Shown piece by piece: positions 39,282-50,284 of a DNA stretch of 64,000 nt. Source of the DNA: a bacterium (GTDB lineage: Bacteria; Zhuqueibacterota; Zhuqueibacteria; Zhuqueibacterales; Zhuqueibacteraceae); NCBI GenBank assembly GCA_044869275.1, contig JBIOXB010000213.1:11075-75074 (forward strand), written 5' to 3'. The notes beneath the pieces are model-generated. The model made no database searches and had not been told where the DNA came from. It worked only from the letters and a program-made list of their open reading frames with translations. A program made the position numbers and the translations under genes. Position 1 is the first letter of the stretch. Each line of letters opens with the position of its first letter.

Positions 39282-42200
39282 CTATCTCGCCACCATCATT
39301 TTCATGATCAACCGCTCCTTTCCCGCCACGAGTTCTGCGAAAAAGACGCCGCTCGCGGCGAGCCGGCCAGTTTGATCGCGGCCGTTCCAAGTCGTGCTGT
39401 GCCTTCCGGCGGTTTTAACGCCTTCTTCCAACACGGCAATGCGCCGGCCCTGCACATCGAAAACCGCCAAGGTCACGCGGTGCGACGCCGGTAATTCGTA
39501 ATGTAACGTGGTCGCGAGATTATCCGCGAAAGCCGCGCTGCCGAAGGGATTGGGATAATTCTGTGCCAGGCGGAATGCGTGAGGGGTCGAGCCTTCCTCT
39601 GCCACCGCCACCGTGTTGCTCACGGTGAGGCGCACGGGCAGGGTGCGATTGCCGCCATTGCTCGTGACCTGCAGCTGCCCTTGATAGTTGCCCTCGCCCA
39701 AGCCCTGCGCATCAAAAGTGACCGTAATGACTTGCGTGCTATTCGGCCCAAGCGTGCCGCTCGTGGGACTGACGGTCAACCGGCTCGGCGCATCCGTGAC
39801 CGCGATCTGTCCTGAGGCCTGCCCTGTGGCGCCATTGTCGTCTGTCACAGTGAGTGTGAAAGTATAATTGCCTGCTTGCGCGTAGGCGTGTGACGTGTTC
39901 TGTTGGCTGCTCGAGGCATTGTCGCCGAAATTCCAAAGATACTGCGTGATCTGCCCGTCGGGATCGGAGGAGGCTGATCCGTCGAACGTGATGTTTGTAT
40001 TGACTTGTGCTTGGGAGGTGGAAATCTGCGCCCGCGCCACCGGGGGTTGATTGGCACCGCCCAGCCTCGTCCCCGCTGCACGGATCAGAAACGCACCGTT
40101 GCTGAAGATAGTGTTGAGGTTCACGTAACGTTGATTGGCAAAATCGTAAAAATAGCTGCTGTTCTGCGTTTGCGCATCCGTGTCTGCGCCCGCGGGATAG
40201 GGAATGGCGCTGCTCGCACCGATCTGAATCGAGAATTGGCTGCCGTCGTTGAAGGTCAAAGGTGAATTGAGATTGACCAAAAACCAGCCGCCGCTGGGCG
40301 CGGTTTGAAAATTCAGCGCGCCGGATACGAGCGGGTTGCCATTGGCGTCGAAGACGCTGAGATTGATGGGATTGCTGAACGTATTTTCCGTGCGCATGTA
40401 AAACTCGAATGATTCCAGACGGAAGCCATAGCCGGAGAGATTGAATTCATTAAGCCAATAGAAATCGGTATTGCTGTTCGGCCCGAAGCCAATATAGTCA
40501 TCCGCGAAATCATCGCCGTCATCCAGAATGATGTGGTCGACATGCGAGGCAGAGGCAGGAGGGATCATGTGTGATCGCATGGGTGCAGCCTGAGCCGCGC
40601 GCGCGGCAGCGGATGGCGTGGCCTGCTGCGCGGCGGCATGATCAAAATGAGGTATCTTGCCGGCGACGGCGCGATCCAATCCCGCCAAGTTTGCCACGAA
40701 ACCCGGTGTGGAAGAATTGGACGGCCCGCTCGCCGTGATATTGAAGCCGAGATTCGCCGTGCCGGTGTTGCCCAAAGCGAATTGGGTGGAACGTGTCGCA
40801 CCGGGCCGCAAGGCAATTGCAACTTCCGCCACCTCGACGTTCAGCACGGCGGCGCCGCCACCGGCGAGTTTGGTGCTATAAACACCGCGGCCATGTGTGC
40901 CCGCAACCACTACACCATCGGAGGGCCGTGCCACGATCATATCGACGACGGCATTGCCAATCGGCGTTGCGCCCTCTTGTATCCAAACGGTGTTCGCGCC
41001 ATTCAATGTAGCGGTCGAAAAAATGCCCACACTCGTGGCGAGAAAATATACCTTGCCCGCAGGCGCCGGAACAATCGTGGCCCAACGCAGCGAGGGGCCG
41101 TCGTTGCCGCCGAGGTTGCCCTCGACTTCGCTCCAACTGCCGCCGCCATTGGTGGAATAATACAAACTCGAGATGCCGTAGTTCGAAAACACTGCGAGAA
41201 CTTCATTACCATCATTGGGATTCACCCCGAGGCAGGAAGGATATGAGCCGCCCGGCACATTTCCCGGCGTGATGGTGGTGCCGGAAGGATTGTTTTGCGC
41301 ATTATCCACGCGCCGCAACACCGTGGTGGATTGATAATCGGTCGCGCCAAAAAACAATCTGTTCGCCGGTACTTTCGCAATCGCCAGCGTAGTGACCTGC
41401 GTGTTCGGCACGCCGGAATTATCCAGCGCCGACCAGTTGGTCGTGACCGGATCAAAATTCGCCACCGCCGGAATGGCGTCGAGATTGCTGTTGCGCCAGA
41501 CGCTGTTCGCCACGGCCAAATACATCACCCGGGGATCGTTCGGATCCAATTGATACGGCGCGATGAAGAGGAAATCCCCTTCGCCGTTCGGCGTGACCGG
41601 CTTGACCAGGCTTTGCACGAGCTGATTACCGCTTCTCAAGTTGCGTATCACAAAGCCCTGCTGTGCAGATACATAAAAAGGAGAGCCACCCGCCACAATG
41701 TCCGTGTAAGCGCCGTCGCCGGAAAGCGGGCGCTCCCAGGGGGTGCTGTAATCGTTGGCCTCCGTAGCCACACTGCCATTGTCTTGCGTACCGCCGACGA
41801 TGAAGTCGCTGCCGTTCTGCGGATCGAGAGCCACCGTGTAGAACTGCGTCGCGGCGTAGCCGTTGTTCAGCGACGTCCAGGTTTGTTGTTGCGCCAGCGC
41901 GTTCGGGGCTTTGGCAACGCCGCCGTCATTGCCGGAGATCATGGCATTGGGGTTATTCGGAAAGAATACGAGCGCGTGCTGGTCGGAGTGATGGTTCTCG
42001 AATTGTTCATAGGTATCCGGAGTGAGATAGCCTCCCACCCGCGTGAAATTTTGACCACCGTCGGTCGAGCGATAAAGATTCGTTCCGCCGATCCACACCG
42101 TGTTGGCATTATCCGGTTTGACGGCCACGATCTGATCGTAGCCGCCTTGCGTGCTGAAAGAAGCGTTGCCGGAAAGGCCTGGTTCGTCAGGCAGGCGGGA

Positions 42201-43337
42201 GGATAGATTCGTCCAGGTGTTGGTGCCGGCATGGTAGCGGAAGAATTGATGATCCGGGGCGGTCGCGCCGTTGCCGTTGGCCTGCACCAGCAGATAAAGC
42301 GTATTCGCGTCCGCAGGCGCAGCGCCGAGCACCATGCGATAGGGATCGCCAACCAGCTCATTGGGCGTGATGTCGGTCCACTGATCGCCGTTGTTGTTCG
42401 AGCGAAAAACGCCGTATTCCTGAAAGTTGCCGCCGTTGCGGCTTAGTGTCGCGTACACCGTGCCGTTCGCAGCAACGGCAACGTCGTTCGCCGTACTAAA
42501 TGGGCCCTGATTGCGGCCCAACAACTGCACCCAATTGTTGCCGCCATCGGTGGAGCGCAAAATGGCGCCCAACGTGGCTGCGAAGATCGTGTTGGTTTGC
42601 CGGTTAATGGCGAGGCTCCAGACGAAATCAAAAAAATTGTCGAACTGGGTCGTACTTTGCCCCACGGTTGCCGCGAGCTGCGACCAGGTATTGCCACCGT
42701 CGGTGGATTTGAAAATGCCCTGGCCCGGAATGCTGTTGGTGCCGGCTTGAGTCGAACCCATGAGCTCGCCGGTGCCGTAATACCAAACGCTGCGATTATT
42801 AGGATCCTGTACCAGGCATGTGGCGCTGGCATGCTGTGCCAGCGTGGTGGTCATGCGCCAGCTCGCGCCATCGTCTTCCGAGAGAAACATGCCGCCGGTT
42901 ACGCCGCCGGCAAGGATGCGGCGATTGGTGCCGCCGTTGTAATTCAGATCGATGGCCAGCGCGCGCGTTCTGCCGCCGATATTGATGGGCCCGCGTTTCA
43001 CCCAATCCGCTGTGAAAGTTTGCGCGCCACCTTTTTGCAAGCCCTCGCGTGTGGGCAATTGCGCGGCGAAGGCCAGTTCACGCACGCGTACGTCATTCGG
43101 AATCTGCCCCGTGCGCGGATCGCGCAAGCGCCGCATTTCATACTCATGCCGTGAGCGGGCATCTTCAGGATTCTTCGGCGAGAACGACGAGCGCACGTGT
43201 AGCTTGCCGCTCGTTTTCAACTGCGCGAGTGGCAAACGCTGCGGTTGCAATGAAAAATTCCGCCATGCCAAAAACATCCCGGCAGCCGCAGCTAACACAA
43301 AGCCAATAGTGATACCCTTTCTGGTCAACAATCGCAT
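39282..43337 (-). CDS. Large secreted BNR/Asp-box propeller protein with Ig-like, PKD and FlgD/secretion-tail domains
   Basis: Asp-boxes SEDDGASW, STDGGNTW, STDGGNNW, STDGGQNF, STNGGGSW; PKD (SSDPDG...YLWNFGD...LTVTDD); FRLAQNYPNPF tail. Confidence 0.88.
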   Translation of the reverse strand: MRLLTRKGITIGFVLAAAAGMFLAWRNFSLQPQRLPLAQLKTSGKLHVRSSFSPKNPEDARSRHEYEMRRLRDPRTGQIPNDVRVRELAFAAQLPTREGLQKGGAQTFTADWVKRGPINIGGRTRALAIDLNYNGGTNRRILAGGVTGGMFLSEDDGASWRMTTTLAQHASATCLVQDPNNRSVWYYGTGELMGSTQAGTNSIPGQGIFKSTDGGNTWSQLAATVGQSTTQFDNFFDFVWSLAINRQTNTIFAATLGAILRSTDGGNNWVQLLGRNQGPFSTANDVAVAANGTVYATLSRNGGNFQEYGVFRSNNNGDQWTDITPNELVGDPYRMVLGAAPADANTLYLLVQANGNGATAPDHQFFRYHAGTNTWTNLSSRLPDEPGLSGNASFSTQGGYDQIVAVKPDNANTVWIGGTNLYRSTDGGQNFTRVGGYLTPDTYEQFENHHSDQHALVFFPNNPNAMISGNDGGVAKAPNALAQQQTWTSLNNGYAATQFYTVALDPQNGSDFIVGGTQDNGSVATEANDYSTPWERPLSGDGAYTDIVAGGSPFYVSAQQGFVIRNLRSGNQLVQSLVKPVTPNGEGDFLFIAPYQLDPNDPRVMYLAVANSVWRNSNLDAIPAVANFDPVTTNWSALDNSGVPNTQVTTLAIAKVPANRLFFGATDYQSTTVLRRVDNAQNNPSGTTITPGNVPGGSYPSCLGVNPNDGNEVLAVFSNYGISSLYYSTNGGGSWSEVEGNLGGNDGPSLRWATIVPAPAGKVYFLATSVGIFSTATLNGANTVWIQEGATPIGNAVVDMIVARPSDGVVVAGTHGRGVYSTKLAGGGAAVLNVEVAEVAIALRPGATRSTQFALGNTGTANLGFNITASGPSNSSTPGFVANLAGLDRAVAGKIPHFDHAAAQQATPSAAARAAQAAPMRSHMIPPASASHVDHIILDDGDDFADDYIGFGPNSNTDFYWLNEFNLSGYGFRLESFEFYMRTENTFSNPINLSVFDANGNPLVSGALNFQTAPSGGWFLVNLNSPLTFNDGSQFSIQIGASSAIPYPAGADTDAQTQNSSYFYDFANQRYVNLNTIFSNGAFLIRAAGTRLGGANQPPVARAQISTSQAQVNTNITFDGSASSDPDGQITQYLWNFGDNASSSQQNTSHAYAQAGNYTFTLTVTDDNGATGQASGQIAVTDAPSRLTVSPTSGTLGPNSTQVITVTFDAQGLGEGNYQGQLQVTSNGGNRTLPVRLTVSNTVAVAEEGSTPHAFRLAQNYPNPFGSAAFADNLATTLHYELPASHRVTLAVFDVQGRRIAVLEEGVKTAGRHSTTWNGRDQTGRLAASGVFFAELVAGKERLIMKMMVAR

Positions 43338-43659
43338 GAAACTTTCCTCCTAAGATCGGGGTGCGGGTTCGAGTGGAAGGGCCAGTTATCACAGCAAAAA
43401 TCACGAAGATGCGAAATGATCGGATTTGTCGTGCGTGTAACATGCAAGAACCACGAAGTGTCTGCGTGAACGGACTTGGTTTTGCAGTGAAAACAGAAGA
43501 AAGCGAGTGAAATCAGTGCAAAGCGTATGGCGCATGACACGGAGGGCTGGAAAGTTTTTCTATTGTGGCAAGATTCCCTTTGAACAAAGCTTCTGTCCGC
43601 AGTTCGCAGATGCACACAGATTCTGTAACAGAATTGCCTTGGTTCTGGTTTGAACAGAA

Positions 43660-44451
43660 CTACTCCTCCGGCCTCACCTTCATCGAGGCATTCAGCAAAT
43701 TCTCCAACTCTTCTGCCGACAGATCAGGGATCAAGTTGCCCTCTTTGGCGAGCGAGATTCTGCCCGTCTCTTCCGAAACCACGATGATCACGGCGTCGGT
43801 TTCCTCGGCCAGGCCGAGCGCGGCGCGGTGGCGCGTGCCGTAGCGTTTGTCGAAACGGTCGTTTTCCGTCAAGGGCAGAATGGTTTTGGCAGCCACGATT
43901 TCTTCGTTTTCGATGACCGTCGCGCCGTCGTGCAAGGGTGATTTGGGACTGAAGAAGGAGAGCAACAGCGGGGCGGAGACTTGCGCTTGCAGCCGGATGC
44001 CGGTCTCGATGACGAACTTGAGGTTGTCATCGCGCGCGATCACGATCAATGCGCCGTGGCGCAGGCGCGACAATTCCTGCGCGGCTTTCACCACCTCGTC
44101 GATCATGCGCGAGCCGGTGACTTTGACGAAGTAGCGAATGATCGGGCTTTGGCCGATGTACACCAGCACGCGCCTGAGCTCGGGATGAAAGATGACCACG
44201 AACGCGACCAGCCAGATGGTCTCGAGCTTGCCGAAGATCCAGCTCAGGCCGCGCATGTTGAACAATTGTGCGATGAAGGAAACCAGGAAGATCAGCACCA
44301 GACCCACGGCCATTTGCCCCGCGCGCGAGCCGCGCACGAACATGTAGAGCTGGTAGATCACGAAGCTGATCACGAGAATGTCGAGCACGTCAATCAGGGT
44401 GACCGGCACGAACAGGATGCGAAAGAGCTCGAATTTGCTGCTCATGGCCAT
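43660..44451 (-). CDS. dacA: Diadenylate cyclase CdaA/DacA
   Basis: Three N-terminal TMs, PELRR, PLHDGA, GTRHRAALG, VVSEETG. Confidence 0.95.
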   Translation of the reverse strand: MAMSSKFELFRILFVPVTLIDVLDILVISFVIYQLYMFVRGSRAGQMAVGLVLIFLVSFIAQLFNMRGLSWIFGKLETIWLVAFVVIFHPELRRVLVYIGQSPIIRYFVKVTGSRMIDEVVKAAQELSRLRHGALIVIARDDNLKFVIETGIRLQAQVSAPLLLSFFSPKSPLHDGATVIENEEIVAAKTILPLTENDRFDKRYGTRHRAALGLAEETDAVIIVVSEETGRISLAKEGNLIPDLSAEELENLLNASMKVRPEE

Positions 44452-44533
44452 GCTTCAAGTTGCGGGTTGGCCACACTATTGTCACTTTTATCTGTCAGAG
44501 GGAATGACAAATCGAGGAAGGAAAAAGTTTTCC

Positions 44534-45763
44534 TCATGACTGGACTCCCAACATCGCCGGCTCCAGGCGGCCGGTAATCAAATCCGTGATCTGCGCCACG
44601 CGCCTGATCTTGGCGACATCGTGCACGCGCACGATATGTGCGCCTTTCATAATGGCAGAAGCCGAAGCCGCGGCGGTGCCCTCGAAGCGTTGCTCCGGCG
44701 GCAGATTCAGCAGTTTTCCCACAAATGCTTTGCGCGAAGGCCCGACCAGCAACGGACAACCCAAACCGCGCAATTCGGACAGACGGCGCAGAATCTCGTA
44801 GTTGTCCTTGAGACGCTTGCCAAAGCCAATGCCGGGATCGATGATGATCAACTCGCGCGCAATGCCGGCCTGCAAGGCAGCCTGTAATTGCGCCTGCAAA
44901 TGCAGATAGACTTCATCCATCAAATTCTCATAAGCGGGATTTTGCTGCATGTCTTGCGGCGTGCCTTTGCTGTGCATGAGCACCAGCGGCGCCTTGTGGC
45001 GCGCCACGACTTCCGCCATTTTTGCATCGAAGCGCAGGCCGCTGATGTCATTCACCATCGCAGCGCCCGCTTGCAACGCGGCTTCGGCCACACCGGCTTT
45101 GTAGGTGTCGATGCTGATGGGCACGTCGATCACGCTGCTCAGGGCTTGAATGATGGGCAGCACGCGCGCCATTTCCTCTTCGGCGGAAACAGGCTGCGCG
45201 CCTTCGCCATAAACGCCTTTAGGCCGCGTGGATTCGCCCCCGACGTCGATAATGTCTGCGCCGTCCTCGGCCATTTTGATGCCATGCGCCAGCGCCTGCT
45301 CTTGCGCCGTGTACTTGCCGCCGTCGAAAAAGGAATCCGGCGTGACGTTGAGAATGCCCATGATCATCGTGGGCCCGCCCAGAATCATTTTGCAGCGCGG
45401 CGAGTCGATGATGAACTCGTCGCGTTCCTGATGGTCCAAAAACACGCGCAGCTCTTGCGCGAAAGCAGCTTCAAAGCTGGAGAGAAAATGGCGGCTGCTC
45501 GCGAGCTCACGTAATTGCACAATGTCCGAAAACAAGTATGCCGTGCCGGGTCCGGCGAGCCAGCAGGGAATATGGCGCAGGGAAAAAGCGGAGAGCAGGG
45601 GTTTGGGCAAGTCTTCTTCACGGCATATGATTTTAATAACCCACGCATGGCGCCGGCAGCATGCGGTGAATTCTTCCAATTGCTGGCCGCGTTGCGCGTC
45701 GATTTCGGCCTGCATGTCGGCAGAATGATCGAAAAATAAACGGCGAATGGAGTAGCGAGCCAT
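44534..45763 (-). CDS. folP: Dihydropteroate synthase with N-terminal extension
   Basis: MGILNVTPDSF.DGG, DVGGESTRP, SIDTYK, DPGIGFGK, GPSRK, VRVHDV. Confidence 0.95.
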   Translation of the reverse strand: MARYSIRRLFFDHSADMQAEIDAQRGQQLEEFTACCRRHAWVIKIICREEDLPKPLLSAFSLRHIPCWLAGPGTAYLFSDIVQLRELASSRHFLSSFEAAFAQELRVFLDHQERDEFIIDSPRCKMILGGPTMIMGILNVTPDSFFDGGKYTAQEQALAHGIKMAEDGADIIDVGGESTRPKGVYGEGAQPVSAEEEMARVLPIIQALSSVIDVPISIDTYKAGVAEAALQAGAAMVNDISGLRFDAKMAEVVARHKAPLVLMHSKGTPQDMQQNPAYENLMDEVYLHLQAQLQAALQAGIARELIIIDPGIGFGKRLKDNYEILRRLSELRGLGCPLLVGPSRKAFVGKLLNLPPEQRFEGTAAASASAIMKGAHIVRVHDVAKIRRVAQITDLITGRLEPAMLGVQS

Positions 45764-45781
45764 GGTTTTGGGAATCCAGTT

Positions 45782-45833
45782 TTACGCATTACGCTTTACG
45801 TATTACGTAATGCTTAACGCGTAATGCTTAATG
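45782..45833. repeat. Inverted 7-nt array (TTACGCA / CGTAATG)
   Basis: TTACGCA TTACGCT TTACGTA TTACG-TAATGCT TAACGCG TAATGCT TAATG. Confidence 0.75.
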
Positions 45834-45842
45834 ATTGTCTAA

Positions 45843-47459
45843 TTACCTCGTTCTTACCGTATCCGGCAAAAGAGACTCGGGAATTTCGCCGCGGCTGAGC
45901 AGCATGCGATACAAGCGCTGTCGCGCTTCGATGGCGTAGACCTCGTCGCTGCCGTTGCTCAGACGGATGCGCGCGCGCAGGTGCTGGATGGCGGCGGTGG
46001 TATCTCCGCGTTGCATGTAGATCTGCGCGAGATAAGTATGCGCGTCGGCATAATCGGCTATTTGCAGCACGCGCTCGAAAAAGCGCACGGCGCTGTCCAG
46101 CTCATTTTGATGATAATAGGCAATGCCGAGATTGTAGAACGCCTCAAGATTTTGCGGATCGAGCTGAAGGATGGTCTCGAACAAAGGCAAAATATGAATC
46201 ATATCGCCTTTTTCAATATAAATTCGCCCCAGGGCCATTAAAGTGGGCAGGTGACTGGGATTGAGCTGGCGGTATTTTTCCAGCAAAGCCAGCGCCTCGG
46301 GACGGTGATTTTCATGCAAGTAATATTCCACGGCGCCGAGCACGGCCTCCAATTCCAGCGGGTTCAATTTGAGCGCATGTTGATATAATTCCAGCTCATT
46401 TTTAAAACCGTCTTGGGCAAAGCGGCTCGCATGGAGCTGGGCCATGTCGACATAAACTTTCGCCAGCGCGGGATCGAGTGCCCGCGCACGCCGCAGCGCG
46501 CTTTCTGCTTCACGCCATTTCTTGGACTGCAGAAGGCATTCGCCCAGCAAAAGCATGGTTGCGGCTTCGAGAGAATCGCGGCGGGCCGCGCTGTGAAGTT
46601 GCGGCGTGAGCTTCGCAAGCGCACTTTTCCATTCCGTTTCCTGCGCGCGTTCCTGGCGCAATTGCTGCATGCGAACACGAGCTGCGAGCGCGATGAAATG
46701 GGGTTGCGTGGTATCTTGTAGTACGAGGTCTCGCGCCTGTTTTGCTGCCGGTTCCAAGCGGCGCTGCAGGAGATTCAAATAAGCAGAGTAGTACGCGCTT
46801 TGCTGCGGCGCAGGCAAAAGCGCAACGGCAAGGCTTGGCCGCGCCCTAGCGGGCGCGAGCTCAAAATACGCGGCTACTTTGTCGCCGAGTTCCTGCGCGG
46901 CCGCGGCGATTTTCGTGGTATCCTCGATGGTAAAAGCAGACTGCAAAACCGGCTCGCCCTCGGGCAGATCGAGCAATTGAAACTCAACCAGAATCCCTGC
47001 GCCCTCGCGGGTATATGTACCGAAACCGATGCCGGGCAGATGGAGGCCATGGGCAAAGCGCCGGACATAATCCGAATAAGGCAAAGAATCGAAATGAGCA
47101 AAGGAGAAAACGGCTGCGGTGGGCAAAGGATAAAATTCCCGCGTGCGGCGCTGCTGCAAAGCAGCGGTGAGGAGATCTGCAAAGGCCAGGCCCCAGGGCG
47201 CGATCGTGCCGGAAACAGAAGATTTTTCAACGAAAGGAAAGATTAAAACACGCGGCGGCGCAACGGCGCGGCGGCCGTGCGTGAAAAAAAGCCCGCTGAA
47301 AACGGCAACTGCCGCAAGCGTGAGCGCGGCGGCAGTTTTCCAAAAAAAAGACCTATCAAAAGCTTTGCCGAAGCGGTGCAAATTCCACAAAACGAATAAA
47401 GCAATGCCCCAGCCCACGATGATAACCGCCGTCCCGGCGGGAAGTTCCATGGCTGCCAA
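45843..47459 (-). CDS. Membrane-anchored tetratricopeptide repeat protein
   Basis: Two N-terminal TMs; TPR patterns LLGECLL...ARALDP, ALGRIY...LQLDP, AFYNLGIAY. Confidence 0.85.
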   Translation of the reverse strand: MAAMELPAGTAVIIVGWGIALFVLWNLHRFGKAFDRSFFWKTAAALTLAAVAVFSGLFFTHGRRAVAPPRVLIFPFVEKSSVSGTIAPWGLAFADLLTAALQQRRTREFYPLPTAAVFSFAHFDSLPYSDYVRRFAHGLHLPGIGFGTYTREGAGILVEFQLLDLPEGEPVLQSAFTIEDTTKIAAAAQELGDKVAAYFELAPARARPSLAVALLPAPQQSAYYSAYLNLLQRRLEPAAKQARDLVLQDTTQPHFIALAARVRMQQLRQERAQETEWKSALAKLTPQLHSAARRDSLEAATMLLLGECLLQSKKWREAESALRRARALDPALAKVYVDMAQLHASRFAQDGFKNELELYQHALKLNPLELEAVLGAVEYYLHENHRPEALALLEKYRQLNPSHLPTLMALGRIYIEKGDMIHILPLFETILQLDPQNLEAFYNLGIAYYHQNELDSAVRFFERVLQIADYADAHTYLAQIYMQRGDTTAAIQHLRARIRLSNGSDEVYAIEARQRLYRMLLSRGEIPESLLPDTVRTR

Positions 47460-47588
47460 ACGTGATGCTCCGTCTCGAATGATCTATGGAAAGTTTCGTG
47501 AACCACCATGCCTCGACTCCGCTCAGCATGACGGCCACCCCTCGCGTTCGTCCGGGGTGGCGCGACCAGCATTCTTGAAAGGGAGCAT

Positions 47589-49598
47589 TCAGCTTTTCGG
47601 TTCCGTGATTTTCTTGGATTCTTCCGCCGCCACCACGGTTTTTGCACTGCCGTTTTGCGCCTCCTCCTCGGGCGGCAAAACCTGGCCGCTCAACAGGGTG
47701 TCGATTTCTTCGCCATCCAAAATTTCGCGCTCCAACAGCGCTTTGGCGACGACGTGCAAATTCTCGAGATTGTTGCGCAGAATGTCGTGCGCCTTTTGCG
47801 TGGCTTCCATTACAATGACCCTGACCTCGGCGTCGATGGCCTTCGCCGTCTCCTCGCTGTAATCGCGATGCTGTGCGATTTCGCGGCCCAGAAAAATTTC
47901 TTCCTGTTTGGTGCCGAAGGCGAGCGGGCCCATGGTCTCGCTCATGCCCCATTCACACACCATTTTGCGCGCCAGCTCGGTGGCGCGCTCGATATCATTT
48001 CCGGCGCCGGTCGTGCTTTCGTTGAACACCAATTTCTCCGCTTCGCGGCCGCCCATGAGATGCACCAGCATGGATTCGCAATAACTCTTCGAATAAGTTT
48101 TGCGCTCGTCCAACGGCAGCGAAGTGGTCAAGCCCAGGGCGCGGCCGCGCGGAATGATGGTGACTTTGTGAATCGGGTCCGAGCCCGGGGTGTATTTCGC
48201 CACCAGCACGTGGCCGGCTTCGTGATACGCGGTGATGCGTTTTTCCTTCTCGCTGATCAGCAGGCTTTTGCGCTCCACGCCCATCAACACTTTGTCCTTG
48301 GCTTCTTCGAGATCGCGCATTTCCACGACGTTCTTGTTGTTGCGCGCCGCCAGCAGCGCGGCCTCATTGACGAGATTGGCCAGATCGGCGCCGGAGAAAC
48401 CGGGAGTGCCTTTGGCCAGCACGGAGAGATCGACATTCTTCGCCAGCGGGATTTTTTTGCAGTGCACTTTCAGGATGCCTTCGCGGCCGCGCACGTCGGG
48501 CCGGTCGACCACGATTTGGCGATCGAAGCGGCCGGGGCGCAACAAGGCTTGATCGAGCACGTCAGGACGGTTGGTGGCGGCCACCAAAATTACGCCTTCG
48601 TTGGAATCGAAACCGTCCATCTCGACCAGCAATTGATTCAACGTTTGCTCGCGCTCGTCGTGCCCGCCGCCCAGGCCCGCGCCGCGATGGCGCCCGACCG
48701 CGTCGATTTCATCGATGAAAATAATGCACGGCGCATTGCGCTTGCCCTGTTCGAATAAATCGCGCACGCGCGAAGCGCCGACGCCGACGAACATTTCGAC
48801 GAAATCCGCGCCCGACATGCTGAAGAACGGCACTCCGGCCTCGCCGGCGACCGCCTTGGCCAGCAATGTTTTTCCCGTTCCCGGCGGGCCCAACAGCAAC
48901 GCGCCTTTGGGAATTTTGCCGCCGAGGCGCTGAAATCTTTCCGGGTCGCGCAGAAACTCGATGATCTCGCGTAATTCCTGCTTGGCTTCGTCCGCGCCCG
49001 CGACGTCGTCGAAGGTCACCTTGGGGCGGTTGTTGCCGGCGAGCCGTGCCCGCGATCGGCCAAAAGAAAAAATGCCCTTCGTGCCCGCGCCTTGCATGCG
49101 CCGCAGCAGGAAAAGCCAGAAGACCGCGAGCACGATCCACGGCAGCAAATTGAGAAAATAGTTCCACCATTCGATGGATTTGGGCTTGACGTCAACATCG
49201 AGGTTGTACTTGTCGTGCCAGCTGCTCACGGTCTCGAAGGAGATTTCTTTGGGCAGAAAGACTTTCACGCGCGTGTAGGGGCGCACGTCTTTTTCTTCAC
49301 CGGGAAAAACCTCGGGCGAGAGCAGATAACCGTGCACCTCGTCGCCGCGAATTACGGCTTTTTGCAGTTTTTGCCCTTCCAGCAGGCCCAGAAATTGCGT
49401 GAACGTGATCTGCTTTTCCTGTTGTTCCTGGCGGTCCCAATGCAAAGTGATCCAAATCGACAGCAACAAAATCGCCATCCAAAAAATCAGCGTCTTGGAA
49501 GCGCGCGACCATTGCGTATTTTCTTCCCGTCTGGGATTCTTGGACGAGTTTTTGCGTTTGGGAGAGTTTTTATTCGCGTTTTTGTTCTTACCGTTCAT
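47589..49598 (-). CDS. ftsH: ATP-dependent zinc metalloprotease FtsH
   Basis: Two TMs, [37 protein letters not shown]. Confidence 0.98.
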   Translation of the reverse strand: MNGKNKNANKNSPKRKNSSKNPRREENTQWSRASKTLIFWMAILLLSIWITLHWDRQEQQEKQITFTQFLGLLEGQKLQKAVIRGDEVHGYLLSPEVFPGEEKDVRPYTRVKVFLPKEISFETVSSWHDKYNLDVDVKPKSIEWWNYFLNLLPWIVLAVFWLFLLRRMQGAGTKGIFSFGRSRARLAGNNRPKVTFDDVAGADEAKQELREIIEFLRDPERFQRLGGKIPKGALLLGPPGTGKTLLAKAVAGEAGVPFFSMSGADFVEMFVGVGASRVRDLFEQGKRNAPCIIFIDEIDAVGRHRGAGLGGGHDEREQTLNQLLVEMDGFDSNEGVILVAATNRPDVLDQALLRPGRFDRQIVVDRPDVRGREGILKVHCKKIPLAKNVDLSVLAKGTPGFSGADLANLVNEAALLAARNNKNVVEMRDLEEAKDKVLMGVERKSLLISEKEKRITAYHEAGHVLVAKYTPGSDPIHKVTIIPRGRALGLTTSLPLDERKTYSKSYCESMLVHLMGGREAEKLVFNESTTGAGNDIERATELARKMVCEWGMSETMGPLAFGTKQEEIFLGREIAQHRDYSEETAKAIDAEVRVIVMEATQKAHDILRNNLENLHVVAKALLEREILDGEEIDTLLSGQVLPPEEEAQNGSAKTVVAAEESKKITEPKS

Positions 49599-49651
49599 GT
49601 TTGTTCAATCATTCATTTGAATTTGAGCCAAAAGCCTTGACCACGAGCGCA

Positions 49652-49706
49652 CCAGGCGCCACCCAGTTGCACAGAGTTTTTCCCTGTGCAGCTGGGTGCC
49701 TCCTGG
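49652..49706. other. Long stem-loop between hpt and ftsH
   Basis: CACCCAGTTGCACAG ... CTGTGCAGCTGGGTG with outer CCAGG/CCTGG pairing; no U-tract. Confidence 0.55.
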
Positions 49707-49725
49707 CAGGCCCGGTGTGGACCAA

Positions 49726-50268
49726 TCATTCCATGACGTAGACCTGCGGCAGATTGCGAAACAGTTGAGCGTAGTCCATGCCGTAACCAACCACGAAGCG
49801 CATGGGAATATGAAAACCGATGTAGTCGCAGCGATAATCCACTTGCTTGCCTTCATCTTTCACCAGCAGCGACACGAATTTCAGCGATCGCGGCGCAAGC
49901 GCGCTCAACTTTTCCAGCAAATAATTCACCGACAAACCGGAGTCGATGATGTCTTCGACGACCACGACGTGGCGGCCTTCAATGTGGGCATCGATTTCCT
50001 TTTTCACCTTGACCACACCGGAGGTTTTCATCGCCTCGCCGTAGCTCGAAATTTTGATGAAATCCACTTCACAGTCGATGGTGATCGCGCGCATGAGATC
50101 GGACATGAACATGTAGCCGCCATTGAGCACGCCGATGAATACGGGCCTCATGCCGGCATAATCTGCCGAGAGCTGTCGTCCCAATTCTTTGACACGCTGT
50201 TGAATGATCTCCGCCGACAACAATACCGGATACTTGCCTTGCAAAAACTGCGAGGTTTGATTGGTCAC
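49726..50268 (-). CDS. hpt: Hypoxanthine phosphoribosyltransferase
   Basis: GVLNG..FMSDL, VVVEDIIDSG, FVVGYGMDY; GTG start with GGAGGG upstream. Confidence 0.95.
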   Translation of the reverse strand: MTNQTSQFLQGKYPVLLSAEIIQQRVKELGRQLSADYAGMRPVFIGVLNGGYMFMSDLMRAITIDCEVDFIKISSYGEAMKTSGVVKVKKEIDAHIEGRHVVVVEDIIDSGLSVNYLLEKLSALAPRSLKFVSLLVKDEGKQVDYRCDYIGFHIPMRFVVGYGMDYAQLFRNLPQVYVME

Positions 50269-50284
50269 ATTTCCCTCCGGTGAC

